A stretch of DNA of 64,000 nt from Rubrivivax sp. (GTDB lineage: Bacteria; Pseudomonadota; Gammaproteobacteria; Burkholderiales; Burkholderiaceae_C), in assembly GCA_034522875.1 (NCBI GenBank), contig JAXHKY010000005.1:13205-77204 (forward strand). Direction: 5' to 3'. Of the stretch, positions 18,692-29,158 are shown one piece after another. A program made the position numbers and the translations under genes. Below the pieces are notes generated by a model. That model worked only from the letters and a program-made list of their open reading frames with translations, had not been told where the DNA came from and ran no database searches. Position 1 is the first letter of the stretch. Every line of letters starts with the position of its first letter.

Positions 18692-19908
18692 CACAACGGC
18701 CCGACCCGGCTGGTTTCGGCGCCAGCGGTGGCGTCGCGGCCGAACCCGAGCCGGCCTACGGCTGGATCGTGGTGTGGGCGGTCTTCACCGCACTGGCGGT
18801 GATCTTCGGCGTCTCGTATTCCTTCGCCGCCTTCTTCGAGTCCTTTGCCTCCGAGTTCCAGGCCAGCCGGGCCCAGGTCTCGCTGGTGTTCGGCCTGTCG
18901 GGCCTGGTCTATTTCGTGCTCGGCGCCTTCGGCGGCATGCTGTCCGACCGCTTCGGGCCACGCCTGGTCACCAGCGCCGGCATGCTCTGCATCGCCGCGG
19001 CGCTGCTGGCGGGCAGCGCGGCGACTTCGATGACGCAGCTCGTGGTCGCCTACGGCCTGGGCCTGGGCGTGGGCATCGCACTCGTCTACACGCCGGCCAT
19101 CGGCTGCGTGCAGCCCTGGTTCACGCGCCGGCGCGGCCTGGCCGGGGGGCTGGCCAGCGCCGGCATCGGCGCCGGCACCCTGGCGGTGCCGCTGCTGGCT
19201 GCGGCGGCCATCGCGCAGTGGCAGTGGCGCGGCGCCATGTTGGCGCTGGCCGCGGGCGTGGCGGTGCTGGGACTGGCGGCCACGCTGCTGCTCAAGCGCG
19301 CGCCGGCCGCCGCACGCCGGGCCGACGGCACCGTGCCCGGCACGCCGCTGGGCCAGGCGCTGCGCAGTCGCTCGTTCCGGTGGCTGTATGCGATGTGCGT
19401 GCTGGCGGCGCCGGCCATGTTCATTCCCTTCGCGCACCTGTCGGCAGCGGCGCGCGACCTGGGTGTGGCCGACGCGCAGGCGGTGGGCCTGGTGGGGCTC
19501 ATCGGCATCGGCAGCCTGAGCGGGCGTTTTGCCATCGGCGCGCTGGCCGACCGCGTGGGCCGGCCGCTGACGCTGGTGCTGGCGCAGGCCTCGCTGGGGC
19601 TTTCCATGGCGCTGTGGCTGGCGGCGGGCGGCTACCCGGCGCTGGCGCTCTTCGCGCTGTGGATGGGTCTGAGCTACGGCGGCATCGTCTCGCTGATGCC
19701 GGCCCTGTGCATGGACTTGTTCGGCGCGCGCGCGGTGTCGTCGATCATCGGCGCGCTCTATACCGGCGCCGCCTTGGGCAACCTGGGTGGGCCCTGGCTC
19801 GCGGGCCGGGGTTTCGACGCCAGCGGCAGTTATGCCGCGGTCATCGTGGGCTGTGCCGTGTTGTCGGCGGCGGCCACGTATGCAGCCTGGCGCGCGGTGC
19901 GGCTGTAG
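18688..19908 (+). CDS. MFS transporter (monocarboxylate/OFA-like)
   Basis: About 12 hydrophobic segments; GMLSDRFGPR, WFTRRRGLA, GALADRVGR. Confidence 0.92.
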   Translation: MTQRPDPAGFGASGGVAAEPEPAYGWIVVWAVFTALAVIFGVSYSFAAFFESFASEFQASRAQVSLVFGLSGLVYFVLGAFGGMLSDRFGPRLVTSAGMLCIAAALLAGSAATSMTQLVVAYGLGLGVGIALVYTPAIGCVQPWFTRRRGLAGGLASAGIGAGTLAVPLLAAAAIAQWQWRGAMLALAAGVAVLGLAATLLLKRAPAAARRADGTVPGTPLGQALRSRSFRWLYAMCVLAAPAMFIPFAHLSAAARDLGVADAQAVGLVGLIGIGSLSGRFAIGALADRVGRPLTLVLAQASLGLSMALWLAAGGYPALALFALWMGLSYGGIVSLMPALCMDLFGARAVSSIIGALYTGAALGNLGGPWLAGRGFDASGSYAAVIVGCAVLSAAATYAAWRAVRL

Positions 19909-19932
19909 CGCCGGCGGGCTCCGGCGTGGGAA

Positions 19933-20877
19933 CTACGCCGCCGCAGGCAGGGCGCCGTCGGCGTGCAGCGAAAGTACGTCGAAGACGGCGCGGTTGCACG
20001 GCGTGGCGATGCCCAGGCGCTGGCCACGGGCGACCACGTCGCCGCTGAGCCAGGGCACTTCCAGCCGGCTGCCGCGCTGCAGGTCGTGGTGCATCGACGA
20101 GGTCATCGTGGCCGGCAACTGGTCGCAGAAGGTCAGCCGGTCGTCGGCGAATCCGGCCGGCAGGTCCACGCCTTCGGCACGCGCCACCTGCACGGCCTCG
20201 TCCATCAGGTCGTGCAGGAAGGCGCGTGAGCGCGGGTGGCTGCGGATGGGGCCGATGGGCACGCGGGCCGTGGCCGTGGTGCCCGACAGGCCGACCAGGA
20301 AAACGAATTTCTCCCACAACCTGCGGCGGATGTGCGGGCTGAGTTCGTGGTCGATGCCGGCGGCGGCGCAGGCCTCGGCAAAACGCTGCAAGCGCTCGCT
20401 TGGGCGCCCGCCGTACTCGCCGAAGACCAGCTTCTGCATCGCCCCCGTGTGCCGGATCAGGCCCGGTTCGGCAATGGTGGCGGCGATATAGCCCACGCCA
20501 CCGGCCACTGCGCTCTCACCAAGCAGGCGCTTGAGGATGTCGTCCTTGACGACGCCGTTCTGGAACGAGATCACGGCCGTGTGCGCGCCCACCAGCGGCC
20601 GGATGGCGGCGGCCGCGGCTTCGGTGTCCCACAGCTTGACGCCGAAGATCACGAGGTCGGTGCTGCCGATGCGGGCCGCGTCGTCGCTGACCTGCACCTC
20701 GCGCAGGTGCAGGTTGCCGCGCGGGCTTTCCACGCGCAGACCGTGTTCGCGGATGGAGGCCAGGTGCGCACCGCGGGCGACGAAGTGCACGTCCTGCCCG
20801 GCGTGCGCCAGGCGTGCGCCGAAATAGCCGCCCACGCCGCCGGTGCCCATGACGGTGATGTGCATCGGGGCTGCCAT
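19933..20877 (-). CDS. panE: 2-dehydropantoate 2-reductase
   Basis: GTGGVGGYFG, VK..D, SFQNG, LWEKF, SSMHHD, RLE. Confidence 0.9.
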   Translation of the reverse strand: MAAPMHITVMGTGGVGGYFGARLAHAGQDVHFVARGAHLASIREHGLRVESPRGNLHLREVQVSDDAARIGSTDLVIFGVKLWDTEAAAAAIRPLVGAHTAVISFQNGVVKDDILKRLLGESAVAGGVGYIAATIAEPGLIRHTGAMQKLVFGEYGGRPSERLQRFAEACAAAGIDHELSPHIRRRLWEKFVFLVGLSGTTATARVPIGPIRSHPRSRAFLHDLMDEAVQVARAEGVDLPAGFADDRLTFCDQLPATMTSSMHHDLQRGSRLEVPWLSGDVVARGQRLGIATPCNRAVFDVLSLHADGALPAAA

Positions 20878-21434
20878 CAGCCGTGCAGCCTGGACGAGCG
20901 CGGCACCGAGGCGAGCAGGAAGTCCATCTGGTCGGCCACGATGCGGCGGCCGCGCAGGATCATGTCTTCGTGCAGGCTGGGCACGTAGGGCAGGTACATG
21001 AGCGTCATGCGCGCTTCTTCGGGCAGGCGGTTGCCCTTGCGGCCGTTGCAGGCGCGGCAGGCGGTGATGCAGTTCATCCAGCCGTCCAGGCCGCCGCGCG
21101 ACACCGGCACGATGTGCTCGCGCGTCAAGTCGTCGAAGTGGAAGCGGTGGCCGCAATAGGCGCAAACCCCGCGGTCGCGCACGAACAGCTTGTGGTTCGT
21201 CAGCGCCGGTTGCTGGCGCCAGGCGCGGCTGGGAATGGCGCCGCGCACCGCCACGATGGGATGCAGCTCGATGCGCGAGGGCAGCCCCGTGGCGCGCTGG
21301 GTGCCGCCACGCATGACGTGGAAGGCCTGGCCGAGCGTCCACGCCACGGCGTCGCTGGCATACAGAACGGCCGCCTCGCGAGAACTGATCCACGCCTGCG
21401 GGCGGCCCGAAACATCGAGCTGGAGCACGTCCAT
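20877..21434 (-). CDS. HNH endonuclease with zinc finger
   Basis: LFVRDRGVCAYCG...TREHIVPVSRGG...NCITACRACNGRKG. Confidence 0.9.
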   Translation of the reverse strand: MDVLQLDVSGRPQAWISSREAAVLYASDAVAWTLGQAFHVMRGGTQRATGLPSRIELHPIVAVRGAIPSRAWRQQPALTNHKLFVRDRGVCAYCGHRFHFDDLTREHIVPVSRGGLDGWMNCITACRACNGRKGNRLPEEARMTLMYLPYVPSLHEDMILRGRRIVADQMDFLLASVPRSSRLHG

Positions 21435-21598
21435 AACCACGAGCGTAATCGATCGCCGTGACAGACGGCTGAGGGGAGGAGAAATCCGAATGAAGCCGCG
21501 GGTTAACCCGCGAAACTCGCTGCCGACCAGGGCATCTAGGACGGTGACCCTAGAAAAAGTCACGGCATGGATGGCGCTGCAGCCGCTGAAGTCTGCAA

Positions 21599-21618
21599 AA
21601 TAGAACGAACGTTCGTAT
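21599..21618. promoter_or_regulatory. FadP-type TetR operator
   Basis: AATAGAACGAACGTTCGTAT with perfect core palindrome ACGAACGTTCGT (21605-21616), upstream of the TetR/fad operon. Resembles the Burkholderiales FadP box as I recall it. Confidence 0.7.
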
Positions 21619-21631
21619 TTAATCGAGTCTC

Positions 21632-22351
21632 GTGAGCCTGTCCACCCAACCCGTCCCCGAAGCTGCTGCCGCGTCGCGGCCGCTGCCCAAGGCCTTGCAC
21701 AAGGGCCAGCAGACGCGCGCCGCGATCCTGGAAGCCGCGCTCGGCCTGGCCTCGCACATGGGGCTGGAGGGCTTGTCCATCGGCGCGCTGGCCGAAGTCA
21801 CGATGATGAGCAAGTCCGGCGTCTTTGCCCACTTCGGCTCGCGCGAGGAGTTGCAGATCTCCGTCATCCGCGAATATCACGCGCGCTTCGAGGAAGAAGT
21901 GTTCTTCCCCGCCATCAGGCAAGCGCGCGGCGAGCCGCGGCTGCGTGCACTTTTCGAGAGCTGGCTGCGCCGCGTGTCGGTGGAGGTGGACTCGGGCTGC
22001 ATCTACATCAGCGGCGCGGTGGAATTCGACGACCGGCCCGGCCCGGTGCGCGACGCGCTGGCGGGCATGGTGAGGTCCTGGCATGCGGCGCTGGCGCGCG
22101 CCATCCGCCTGGCCATGGACGCCGGCCACCTGCGCGCCGACACCGACCCCGAGCAGATGCTGTTCGAACTGCACGGGCTGATCCTGGCGCTGCACCACGA
22201 CGCGCGTTTCCTGCGTTCGCCCGGTGCGCTGGACCGCGCGCGCGCCGCTTTCGAGCACGTGCTTTCCCACTACCGCACGGCGGCCGAGGCCGGCGCGGCC
22301 GCGGCCGCGCCGGCATCGCCCGCGCCACGCGGGCGCGCCGCGCGCCGCTGA
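21632..22351 (+). CDS. TetR-family regulator of fatty-acid degradation (FadP-like)
   Basis: TRAAILEAA...LSIGALA...SKSGVFAHFGSREEL HTH; first gene of the fad operon. Confidence 0.9.
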   Translation: MSLSTQPVPEAAAASRPLPKALHKGQQTRAAILEAALGLASHMGLEGLSIGALAEVTMMSKSGVFAHFGSREELQISVIREYHARFEEEVFFPAIRQARGEPRLRALFESWLRRVSVEVDSGCIYISGAVEFDDRPGPVRDALAGMVRSWHAALARAIRLAMDAGHLRADTDPEQMLFELHGLILALHHDARFLRSPGALDRARAAFEHVLSHYRTAAEAGAAAAAPASPAPRGRAARR

Positions 22352-22403
22352 TTCGCCTTTCCGTTCCCCGCACCCCGTCTTCAGTCTGACCAGGAGTCCC
22401 ACC

Positions 22404-24203
22404 ATGGCCCAGTACACCCCACCGTTGCGCGACATGCAGTTCGTGTTGCACGAACTGTTCGACGTCAGCGCCGAATTCAAGCGCCTGCCGCGCCACGCGG
22501 AGGTCGACGCCGACACCATCAATGCCGTGCTGGAAGAGGGCGGCAAGTTTGCCGCCGAGGTGCTGTTCCCGCTGAATCTCAGCGGCGACGGCGAGGGCTG
22601 CACGCTCGACAAGGCCACGCACCAGGTGCACGCCCCCAACGGCTTCAAGGATGCCTACACCCAATATGTGCAGGGCGGCTGGCCGGCGCTTTCGGCCGAC
22701 CCCGAATACGGCGGTCAGGGCCTGCCGATCGTGGTCAACCAGTGCTTCTACGAGATGCTCAACTCGGCCAACCAGGCCTGGACCATGTACCCCGGCCTGT
22801 CGCACGGCGCCTACGAGTGCCTGCTGGCACATGGCACGCCCGAGCAGAAGTCGATGTACCTGCCGCACCTGACCAGTGGCGAGTGGACCGGCACCATGTG
22901 CCTGACCGAGCCTCATTGCGGCACCGACCTCGGCATGCTGCGCACCAAGGCCGAACCCGTGGCCGGCGCCCCCGAGGGCAGCTACCGGCTCACCGGGCAG
23001 AAGATCTTCATCAGCGCCGGCGAGCACGACCTGACGCCGAACATCGTGCACCTGGTGCTGGCCCGGCTGCCCGACGCGCCTGCGGGCAGCAAGGGCATCA
23101 GCCTGTTCGTGGTGCCCAAGTTCCTGGTCAATGCCGACGGCAGCCTGGGCGAGCGCAACCCCATCTTCTGCACCGCGCTGGAGCACAAGATGGGCATCCA
23201 CGCCAGCGCCACATGCCAGATCGACCTGGACGGCGCCGTGGGCACGCTGGTGGGCCAGCCGCACAAGGGCCTGAATGCCATGTTCGTGATGATGAACGCG
23301 GCGCGCCTGGGCGTGGGCAACCAGAGCCTGGGCCTGACCGAGGTGGCCTACCAGAATGCCGTGGCCTACGCCCGCGACCGCCTGCAGATGCGCAGCCTGT
23401 CCGGCCCCAAGGCGCCCGGGAAGCCGGCCGACCCCATCATCGTGCACCCCGACGTGCGCAAGATGCTGCTCACCGCGCGCGCCTATGCCGAAGGCGGCCG
23501 TGCGCTGGCGATCTACATCGCGCTGCTCATCGACAAGGAACTGTCCTCCGACGACGAGGACGAGCGCAAGGCCTGCGCCGACGAAGTGGCGCTGCTGACA
23601 CCCATCGTCAAGGCCTTCCTCACCGACAACGGCTGGATCGCCACCAGCCACTGCATGCAGGTCTACGGCGGCCACGGCTACATCAAGAGCGCGGGCATGG
23701 AGCAGTACGTGCGCGACGCCCGCATCAACATGATCTACGAAGGCACCAACACCATCCAGGCGCTGGACCTGCTGGGCCGCAAGGTGCTGGGCGACAACGG
23801 CGCGCGGCTGAAGAAATTCGGCCGCCTGATCGCCGAGTTCGTGGAAGAAGAGGGCACCGACGAAGCCATGCAGGAATTCGTCAACCCGCTGGCCGACCTG
23901 GGTGACAAGGTCACCAAGCTGACCACCGAACTGGGCATGAAGGCCTTCGGCAATGCCGACGAGGTGGGTGGCGCGGCAGTGGACTACCTGCGCATCTGCG
24001 GCCACCTGGTGTTCGCCTATTTCTGGGCCCGCATGGCCAAGGTGGCGCTGGCGAAGAAGGACGGGGGCGACCCGTTCTACACCGCCAAGCTGCACACGGC
24101 GCGCTTCTATTTCGCCAAGCTGCTGCCCGAGACGGCGGGCCTGATCCGCAGCGCGCGCGCCGGCGTGGCGCCGCTGATGGCCATGGACGAGGCGCTGTTC
24201 TAG
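22404..24203 (+). CDS. Acyl-CoA dehydrogenase (~600-aa class)
   Basis: GTMCLTEPHCGTDL, KIFISAGEHDL, EHKMGIH, IYEGTN. Confidence 0.95.
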   Translation: MAQYTPPLRDMQFVLHELFDVSAEFKRLPRHAEVDADTINAVLEEGGKFAAEVLFPLNLSGDGEGCTLDKATHQVHAPNGFKDAYTQYVQGGWPALSADPEYGGQGLPIVVNQCFYEMLNSANQAWTMYPGLSHGAYECLLAHGTPEQKSMYLPHLTSGEWTGTMCLTEPHCGTDLGMLRTKAEPVAGAPEGSYRLTGQKIFISAGEHDLTPNIVHLVLARLPDAPAGSKGISLFVVPKFLVNADGSLGERNPIFCTALEHKMGIHASATCQIDLDGAVGTLVGQPHKGLNAMFVMMNAARLGVGNQSLGLTEVAYQNAVAYARDRLQMRSLSGPKAPGKPADPIIVHPDVRKMLLTARAYAEGGRALAIYIALLIDKELSSDDEDERKACADEVALLTPIVKAFLTDNGWIATSHCMQVYGGHGYIKSAGMEQYVRDARINMIYEGTNTIQALDLLGRKVLGDNGARLKKFGRLIAEFVEEEGTDEAMQEFVNPLADLGDKVTKLTTELGMKAFGNADEVGGAAVDYLRICGHLVFAYFWARMAKVALAKKDGGDPFYTAKLHTARFYFAKLLPETAGLIRSARAGVAPLMAMDEALF

Positions 24204-24243
24204 ATTTCCGGACTTTTACGCATTCAACAAGAAGGAAACCCGC

Positions 24244-24675
24244 ATGAAGCGCACTCTTGGTGCCCTGGCTCTTGCATTCACAGCCGCTGCGGCCTGCGCG
24301 CAGGCCACGCCGGTGGGGCTGTGGAAGACGATCGACGACGAGACGAAGCAGGAAAAGAGCCTCGTGCGCATCACCGAGAGCGCCGGTGTGCTGAGCGGCC
24401 GCATCGAGAAGGTCGTCGACCCGGCCAAGCAGGACTCGGTGTGCGACAAGTGCGAGGACGCGCGCAAGGGACAGAAGGTGCTGGGCATGACCATCGTCGA
24501 AGGCGTGAAGAAGAACGCCGACGAGCCGTACTGGGACGGTGGCACCATCCTCGACCCGAACAACGGCAAGACCTACAAGGTGCGCATGACACCCAGGGAC
24601 GGCGGCAAGGCGCTGGAAGTCCGGGGTTTCATCGGCTTCTTCTTCCGCAACCAGCAATGGATCCGCGTCGAATGA
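24244..24675 (+). CDS. DUF2147 exported protein
   Basis: TPVGLWKTIDD...GGTILDPNNGKTY...LEVRGFIG. Confidence 0.9.
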   Translation: MKRTLGALALAFTAAAACAQATPVGLWKTIDDETKQEKSLVRITESAGVLSGRIEKVVDPAKQDSVCDKCEDARKGQKVLGMTIVEGVKKNADEPYWDGGTILDPNNGKTYKVRMTPRDGGKALEVRGFIGFFFRNQQWIRVE

Positions 24676-24691
24676 CGCCACAGGAGCAAAC

Positions 24692-27155
24692 GTGAACCGA
24701 TTCCAAGTCCGCAAGGTCGCCGTGCTCGGCGCCGGCGTCATGGGTGCGCAGATCGCCGCCCATCTGGTCAACTGCAAGGTGCCGGTGGTGCTGTTCGACC
24801 TACCAGCAGACACAGGCCCCCGGGCCCCGGCTTCGCCTACGCCACCCCCCGAGGGGGCCGCGAAGTCGGCCGGCGGAGCCGGACCGACTTCGGTCCCGAA
24901 GAACGGCATCGTCACCAGAGCGGTGGAGGGTCTGAAGAAGCTCAAGCCCTCGCCACTGGGCGTGCCCGAGGATGCGGCTCTGATCCAGCAGGCGAACTAC
25001 GAGGAGCACCTGGCGCTACTGGCCGAGTGCGACCTCGTCATCGAGGCCATTGCCGAGCGCATGGACTGGAAGCTGGACCTGTACCAGAAGATTGCGCCCG
25101 CCCTGGCACCGCATGCCATCGTGGCCAGCAATACCTCGGGGCTGTCCATCACCAAGCTCAGCGAGGCGCTGCCGGAAGCGATCAAGCCGCGCTTCTGTGG
25201 CATCCACTTCTTCAACCCGCCGCGCTACATGGCGCTGGTGGAGTTGATCAATACCCCGGCCACGCAGCCCGAGGTGCTGGACGAGCTGGAAGCCTTCGTC
25301 ACCACCGGCCTGGGCAAGAGCGTGGTGCGCGCGAAGGACACGCCCAACTTCATTGCCAACCGGGTGGGCATCGCCGGCATGCTGGCCACCATGAAGGAGG
25401 CCGAGACCTACGGCCTTTCGTACGACGTGGTCGACGACCTCACCGGCAAGAAGCTGGGCCGCGCCAGCAGCGGCACCTTCCGCACCGCCGACGTGGTGGG
25501 CCTGGACACCATGGCGCATGTCATCAAGACGCTGCAGGACAACCTGGAGGACGACCCGTTCTTCGCCAGCTATGCCACGCCGCCGGTGCTGCAGGCGCCT
25601 GATCGAGAAGGGCGCCCTGGGCCAGAAGGCCGGCGCCGGATTCTTCAAGAAGGTGGGCAAGGACATCCTGCGCCTGGACCCGGCCAAGGCCGACTACGTG
25701 CCGGCCGGCGGCAAGGCCGAGCCCATCGTCGAGCGCATGCTCAAGAAGCCGGCCGCCGAGCGGCTGAAGCTGCTGCGCGAGAGCAGCAACCCGCAGGCCC
25801 AGTTCCTGTGGGCGATCCTGCGCGACGCCTTCCATTACGCCGCCGTGCACCTGGAAACCATCGCCGAGACCGCGCGCGACGTGGACTTCGCCATGCGCTG
25901 GGGCTTCGGCATGAAGCAGGGCCCGTTCGAGCTGTGGCAGGACGCCGGCTGGCAGCAGGTGGCGGCCTGGGTGAAGGAAGATATAGCCGCCGGCAAGGCG
26001 CTGAGCAGCGCGCCGCTGCCGGACTGGGTTTTCGACGGAAGAACGGGCGTGCACACGCCGGAAGGTTCGTGGAGCCCCGCGAAGAAGTCCTACGTGCCGC
26101 GCAGTTCGCTGCATGTCTACTGCAGGCAGTATTTTCCCGAAACCGTGCTCGGTGCCGGCGCGACCGATGCGCTGAAGAGCGGCAAGGAACTCTTCCGCAA
26201 CGACGAAATGCGCGTGTGGACGCTGGACGGCGAGGTGCTCATCGCCAGCATCACCAGCAAGCTGCACCTCATCGGATCGGGCGTCATCGAAGGCCTGCAC
26301 AAGGCCGTGGAACTGGCCGAGGGCGGTTTCAAGGGCCTGGTGATCTGGTCGCCCGACGACGTCTTCAGCGCCGGCGCCAACCTGGAGCAGACGCTGCCGG
26401 TCTTCATGCAGCAGGGGTCCAAGGGCATCAAGCCCGTGATCCAGCAGCTGCAGGAAGCCATGCTGCGCATGCGCTACGCCCAGGTGCCGGTGGTGGCCGC
26501 CATGCGCGGGCTGGCGCTGGGCGGCGGCTGTGAGATCGCGCTGTACACCGCGCGCCGCGTGGCCGCGATGGAAAGTTATGTCGGCCTGGTGGAAGTGGGC
26601 GTGGGCCTGCTGCCGGCCGGCGGCGGGCTGACCTATATCGCGCGCCGCGCGGCCGAGATGGCGGCGGCGGGCAACGCGAACGCCGACATCATGAAGTTCG
26701 CCACCGACGGCTTCACCAACGCCGCCATGGCCAAGGTGGGCACCAGCGCCATCGAATCGCGCAAGCTCGGCTATCTGCTGTGGGGCGACGTCATCGTGCC
26801 GCACAAGGACGAACTGCTGTTCGTCGCCCTCACGCAGGCCAAGGCCATGTACGACAGCGGCTACCGGCCGCCGACGAAGCCGGTCTTCCCGGTGGCCGGC
26901 CGCTCGGCCATAGCCACCATCAAGGGCCAGCTCGCCAACATGCGCGACGGCGGCTTCATCAGCGCGCACGACTTCCACATCAGCACGCTGATCGCCGAAG
27001 TGGTGTGCGGCGGCGATGTCGACGCCGGATCGCTGGTGACCGAGGAGTATTTGATGGCGATGGAGCGCGACCGCTTCTGTTCGCTGCTGGACCACCCCAA
27101 GACCCAGGAACGCATCATGGGCATGCTGCAGACCGGCAAGCCGGTGAGGAACTGA
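24692..27155 (+). CDS. fadN: 3-hydroxyacyl-CoA dehydrogenase/enoyl-CoA hydratase (FadN-type) with a single +1 frameshift near 25595-25599
   Basis: GAGVMG, IEAIAE, SNTSG, HFFNP, then a frame change (CAGGCGCCTGATCGAG) into LIEKGALGQK...ALGGGCE...GLVEVGVG...GKPVRN. Length is 3n+1. Confidence 0.9.
24810..24894. repeat. Palindromic element inserted in frame in fadN
   Basis: Hairpins CCCCC-gag-GGGG and GAAGTCGG-CCGGC-gga-GCCGG-a-CCGACTTC; encodes ~26-28 extra residues between DLPA and PKNGIV. Confidence 0.7.
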
Positions 27156-27157
27156 TC

Positions 27158-28366
27158 ATGAGCAGACAAGTGCAAGACGCCTACATCGTTGCCGCCACGC
27201 GCACGCCCATCGGCAGGAGCGGGCGCGGCTACTTCCGCAACACGCGGCCCGACGACCTGCTGGTGGCCGCCGTGCGCAGCGCGCTGGCGCAGGTGCCGAC
27301 GCTGGACCCGAAGGCCATCGAGGACGCCATCATCGGCTGCAGCTTCCCCGAAGGCGAGCAGGGCATGAACATGGCGCGCGTGGCCATGGTGCTGGCGGGG
27401 CTGCCGCATTCGGTGGGCGGCGTCACCGTCAACCGCTTCTGCGCCAGCGGCCTCACGGCGCTGGCCATGGCCGCCGACCGCATCCGCGTCGGCGAGGCCG
27501 ACGTGATGATCGCCGGCGGCGCCGAGAGCATGAGCCTGGTGCCGATGGGCGGCAACAAGCCTTCGTTCAACCCCGAGGTGTTTGCCAGGGACGAGAACGT
27601 CGGCATCGCCTACGGCATGGGCCTCACCGCCGAGAAGGTGGCGGCGCAGTGGAAGGTGAGCCGCGAAGACCAGGACGCGTTTGCGCTGGCCTCGCACCAG
27701 AAAGCGCTGAAGGCCATGGCGGCCGGCGAATTCGGCGACGAGATGACGCCCGTCGAAGTGGTCGAGCGCTTTCCGAACCTGGTGAATCCGGAACGAGGCG
27801 AGGCCGGTACGAAGACGCGCACCGTGAACCTGGACGAAGGCGCTCGCCCCGACACCACGCTCGAAGGACTGGCCAAACTCAAGCCGGTGTTCGCCGCCAA
27901 GGGCAGCGTCACCGCCGGCAACAGCAGCCAGACCAGCGACGGCGCCGGCGCCTTGATCGTGGCCAGCGAGAAGGCGGTCAAGCAGTTCGACCTGAAGCCG
28001 CTGGCGCGCTTCGTCAGCTTCGCCGTGCGCGGCGTGCCGCCCGAGATCATGGGCATCGGCCCCATCGAGGCCATCCCGGCGGCGCTTCGTTCTGCAGGAC
28101 TGACCCTGGCCGACCTGGGCTGGATCGAGCTCAACGAAGCCTTTGCCGCGCAGGCGCTGGCGGTCATCGACACGCTGGGCCTGGACGCGAGCAAGGTCAA
28201 CCCGATGGGCGGCGCCATCGCGCTGGGCCACCCGCTGGGCGCCACCGGCGCCATCCGCGCCGCCACCGTGGTGCATGCGCTGCGCCGGCACCAGCTGAGA
28301 TACGGCATGGTGACCATGTGCGTGGGCATGGGCCAGGGTGCGGCCGGCATCCTCGAAGCCGTTTGA
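27158..28366 (+). CDS. fadA: Acetyl-CoA C-acyltransferase (thiolase)
   Basis: NRFCASG, NEAFA, GHPLGATG, CVGMG. Confidence 0.95.
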   Translation: MSRQVQDAYIVAATRTPIGRSGRGYFRNTRPDDLLVAAVRSALAQVPTLDPKAIEDAIIGCSFPEGEQGMNMARVAMVLAGLPHSVGGVTVNRFCASGLTALAMAADRIRVGEADVMIAGGAESMSLVPMGGNKPSFNPEVFARDENVGIAYGMGLTAEKVAAQWKVSREDQDAFALASHQKALKAMAAGEFGDEMTPVEVVERFPNLVNPERGEAGTKTRTVNLDEGARPDTTLEGLAKLKPVFAAKGSVTAGNSSQTSDGAGALIVASEKAVKQFDLKPLARFVSFAVRGVPPEIMGIGPIEAIPAALRSAGLTLADLGWIELNEAFAAQALAVIDTLGLDASKVNPMGGAIALGHPLGATGAIRAATVVHALRRHQLRYGMVTMCVGMGQGAAGILEAV

Positions 28367-28376
28367 GGGCATTGCC

Positions 28377-29150
28377 ATGAGCATCAGGACCGCCACGCTG
28401 AACGGTGTGGCCACCATCGAGATCGCGCGCCCCGAGAAGAAGAATGCGCTCACGGTGGCCATGTACCAGGCCATGACCGACGCGCTGGACGCGGCGCGCG
28501 AAGACGCGGCCGTGCGCGCGGTGCTCATCACCGGCCAGCCGGGCATCTTCACCAGTGGCAACGATATCGAGGACTTCATGAAGCGCGCGCCGGGGCAGGG
28601 CAGCGACGCCATGGACTCGCCGGTATTCCGCTTCATGCGCGCGCTGCTGGAATGCGACAAGCCGGTGGTGGCGGCCGTCACCGGTGCGGCCATCGGCATC
28701 GGCACCACGCTGCTGCTGCACTGCGACTTCGTCTATGTTTCCGACGAAGCCCGGCTGGCGATGCCCTTCGTGGCGCTGGGGCTGGTGCCGGAGTTCGCCT
28801 CCAGCCTGGTCGTGCCGCAGCTCATGGGCCACCGCCGCGCGGCCGAGAAGCTGCTGCTGGGCGACCCCTTCACGCCCGAGCAGGCGGTGGAATGCGGCAT
28901 CGCCAATGCCGTGCTGCCGGCCGGTGAGGTGGTGAACCATGCACGCCGCGTGGCCGAGCGCTTCAACGCGCTGCCGCCGGGCGCCGTGCGTGAGGCCAAG
29001 CAGCTGATGCGCCGGCCGCAGCACGAATTGACGCTGCAGACCATCCGCACCGAAGGCGAGATCTTCGCCCGCCGGCTGCGCAGCCCCGAGGCCATGGAAG
29101 CCTTCCAGGCCTTCTTCCAGAAGCGCCCGCCCGACTTCTCGAAATTCTGA
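28377..29150 (+). CDS. Enoyl-CoA hydratase/isomerase
   Basis: RPEKKNAL, FTSGND, AIGIG, LGLVPE. Confidence 0.92.
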   Translation: MSIRTATLNGVATIEIARPEKKNALTVAMYQAMTDALDAAREDAAVRAVLITGQPGIFTSGNDIEDFMKRAPGQGSDAMDSPVFRFMRALLECDKPVVAAVTGAAIGIGTTLLLHCDFVYVSDEARLAMPFVALGLVPEFASSLVVPQLMGHRRAAEKLLLGDPFTPEQAVECGIANAVLPAGEVVNHARRVAERFNALPPGAVREAKQLMRRPQHELTLQTIRTEGEIFARRLRSPEAMEAFQAFFQKRPPDFSKF

Positions 29151-29158
29151 ACAGCACC

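Noticed and set aside
25590-25605. Programmed frameshift in fadN
   Set aside because: No slippery sequence is visible.
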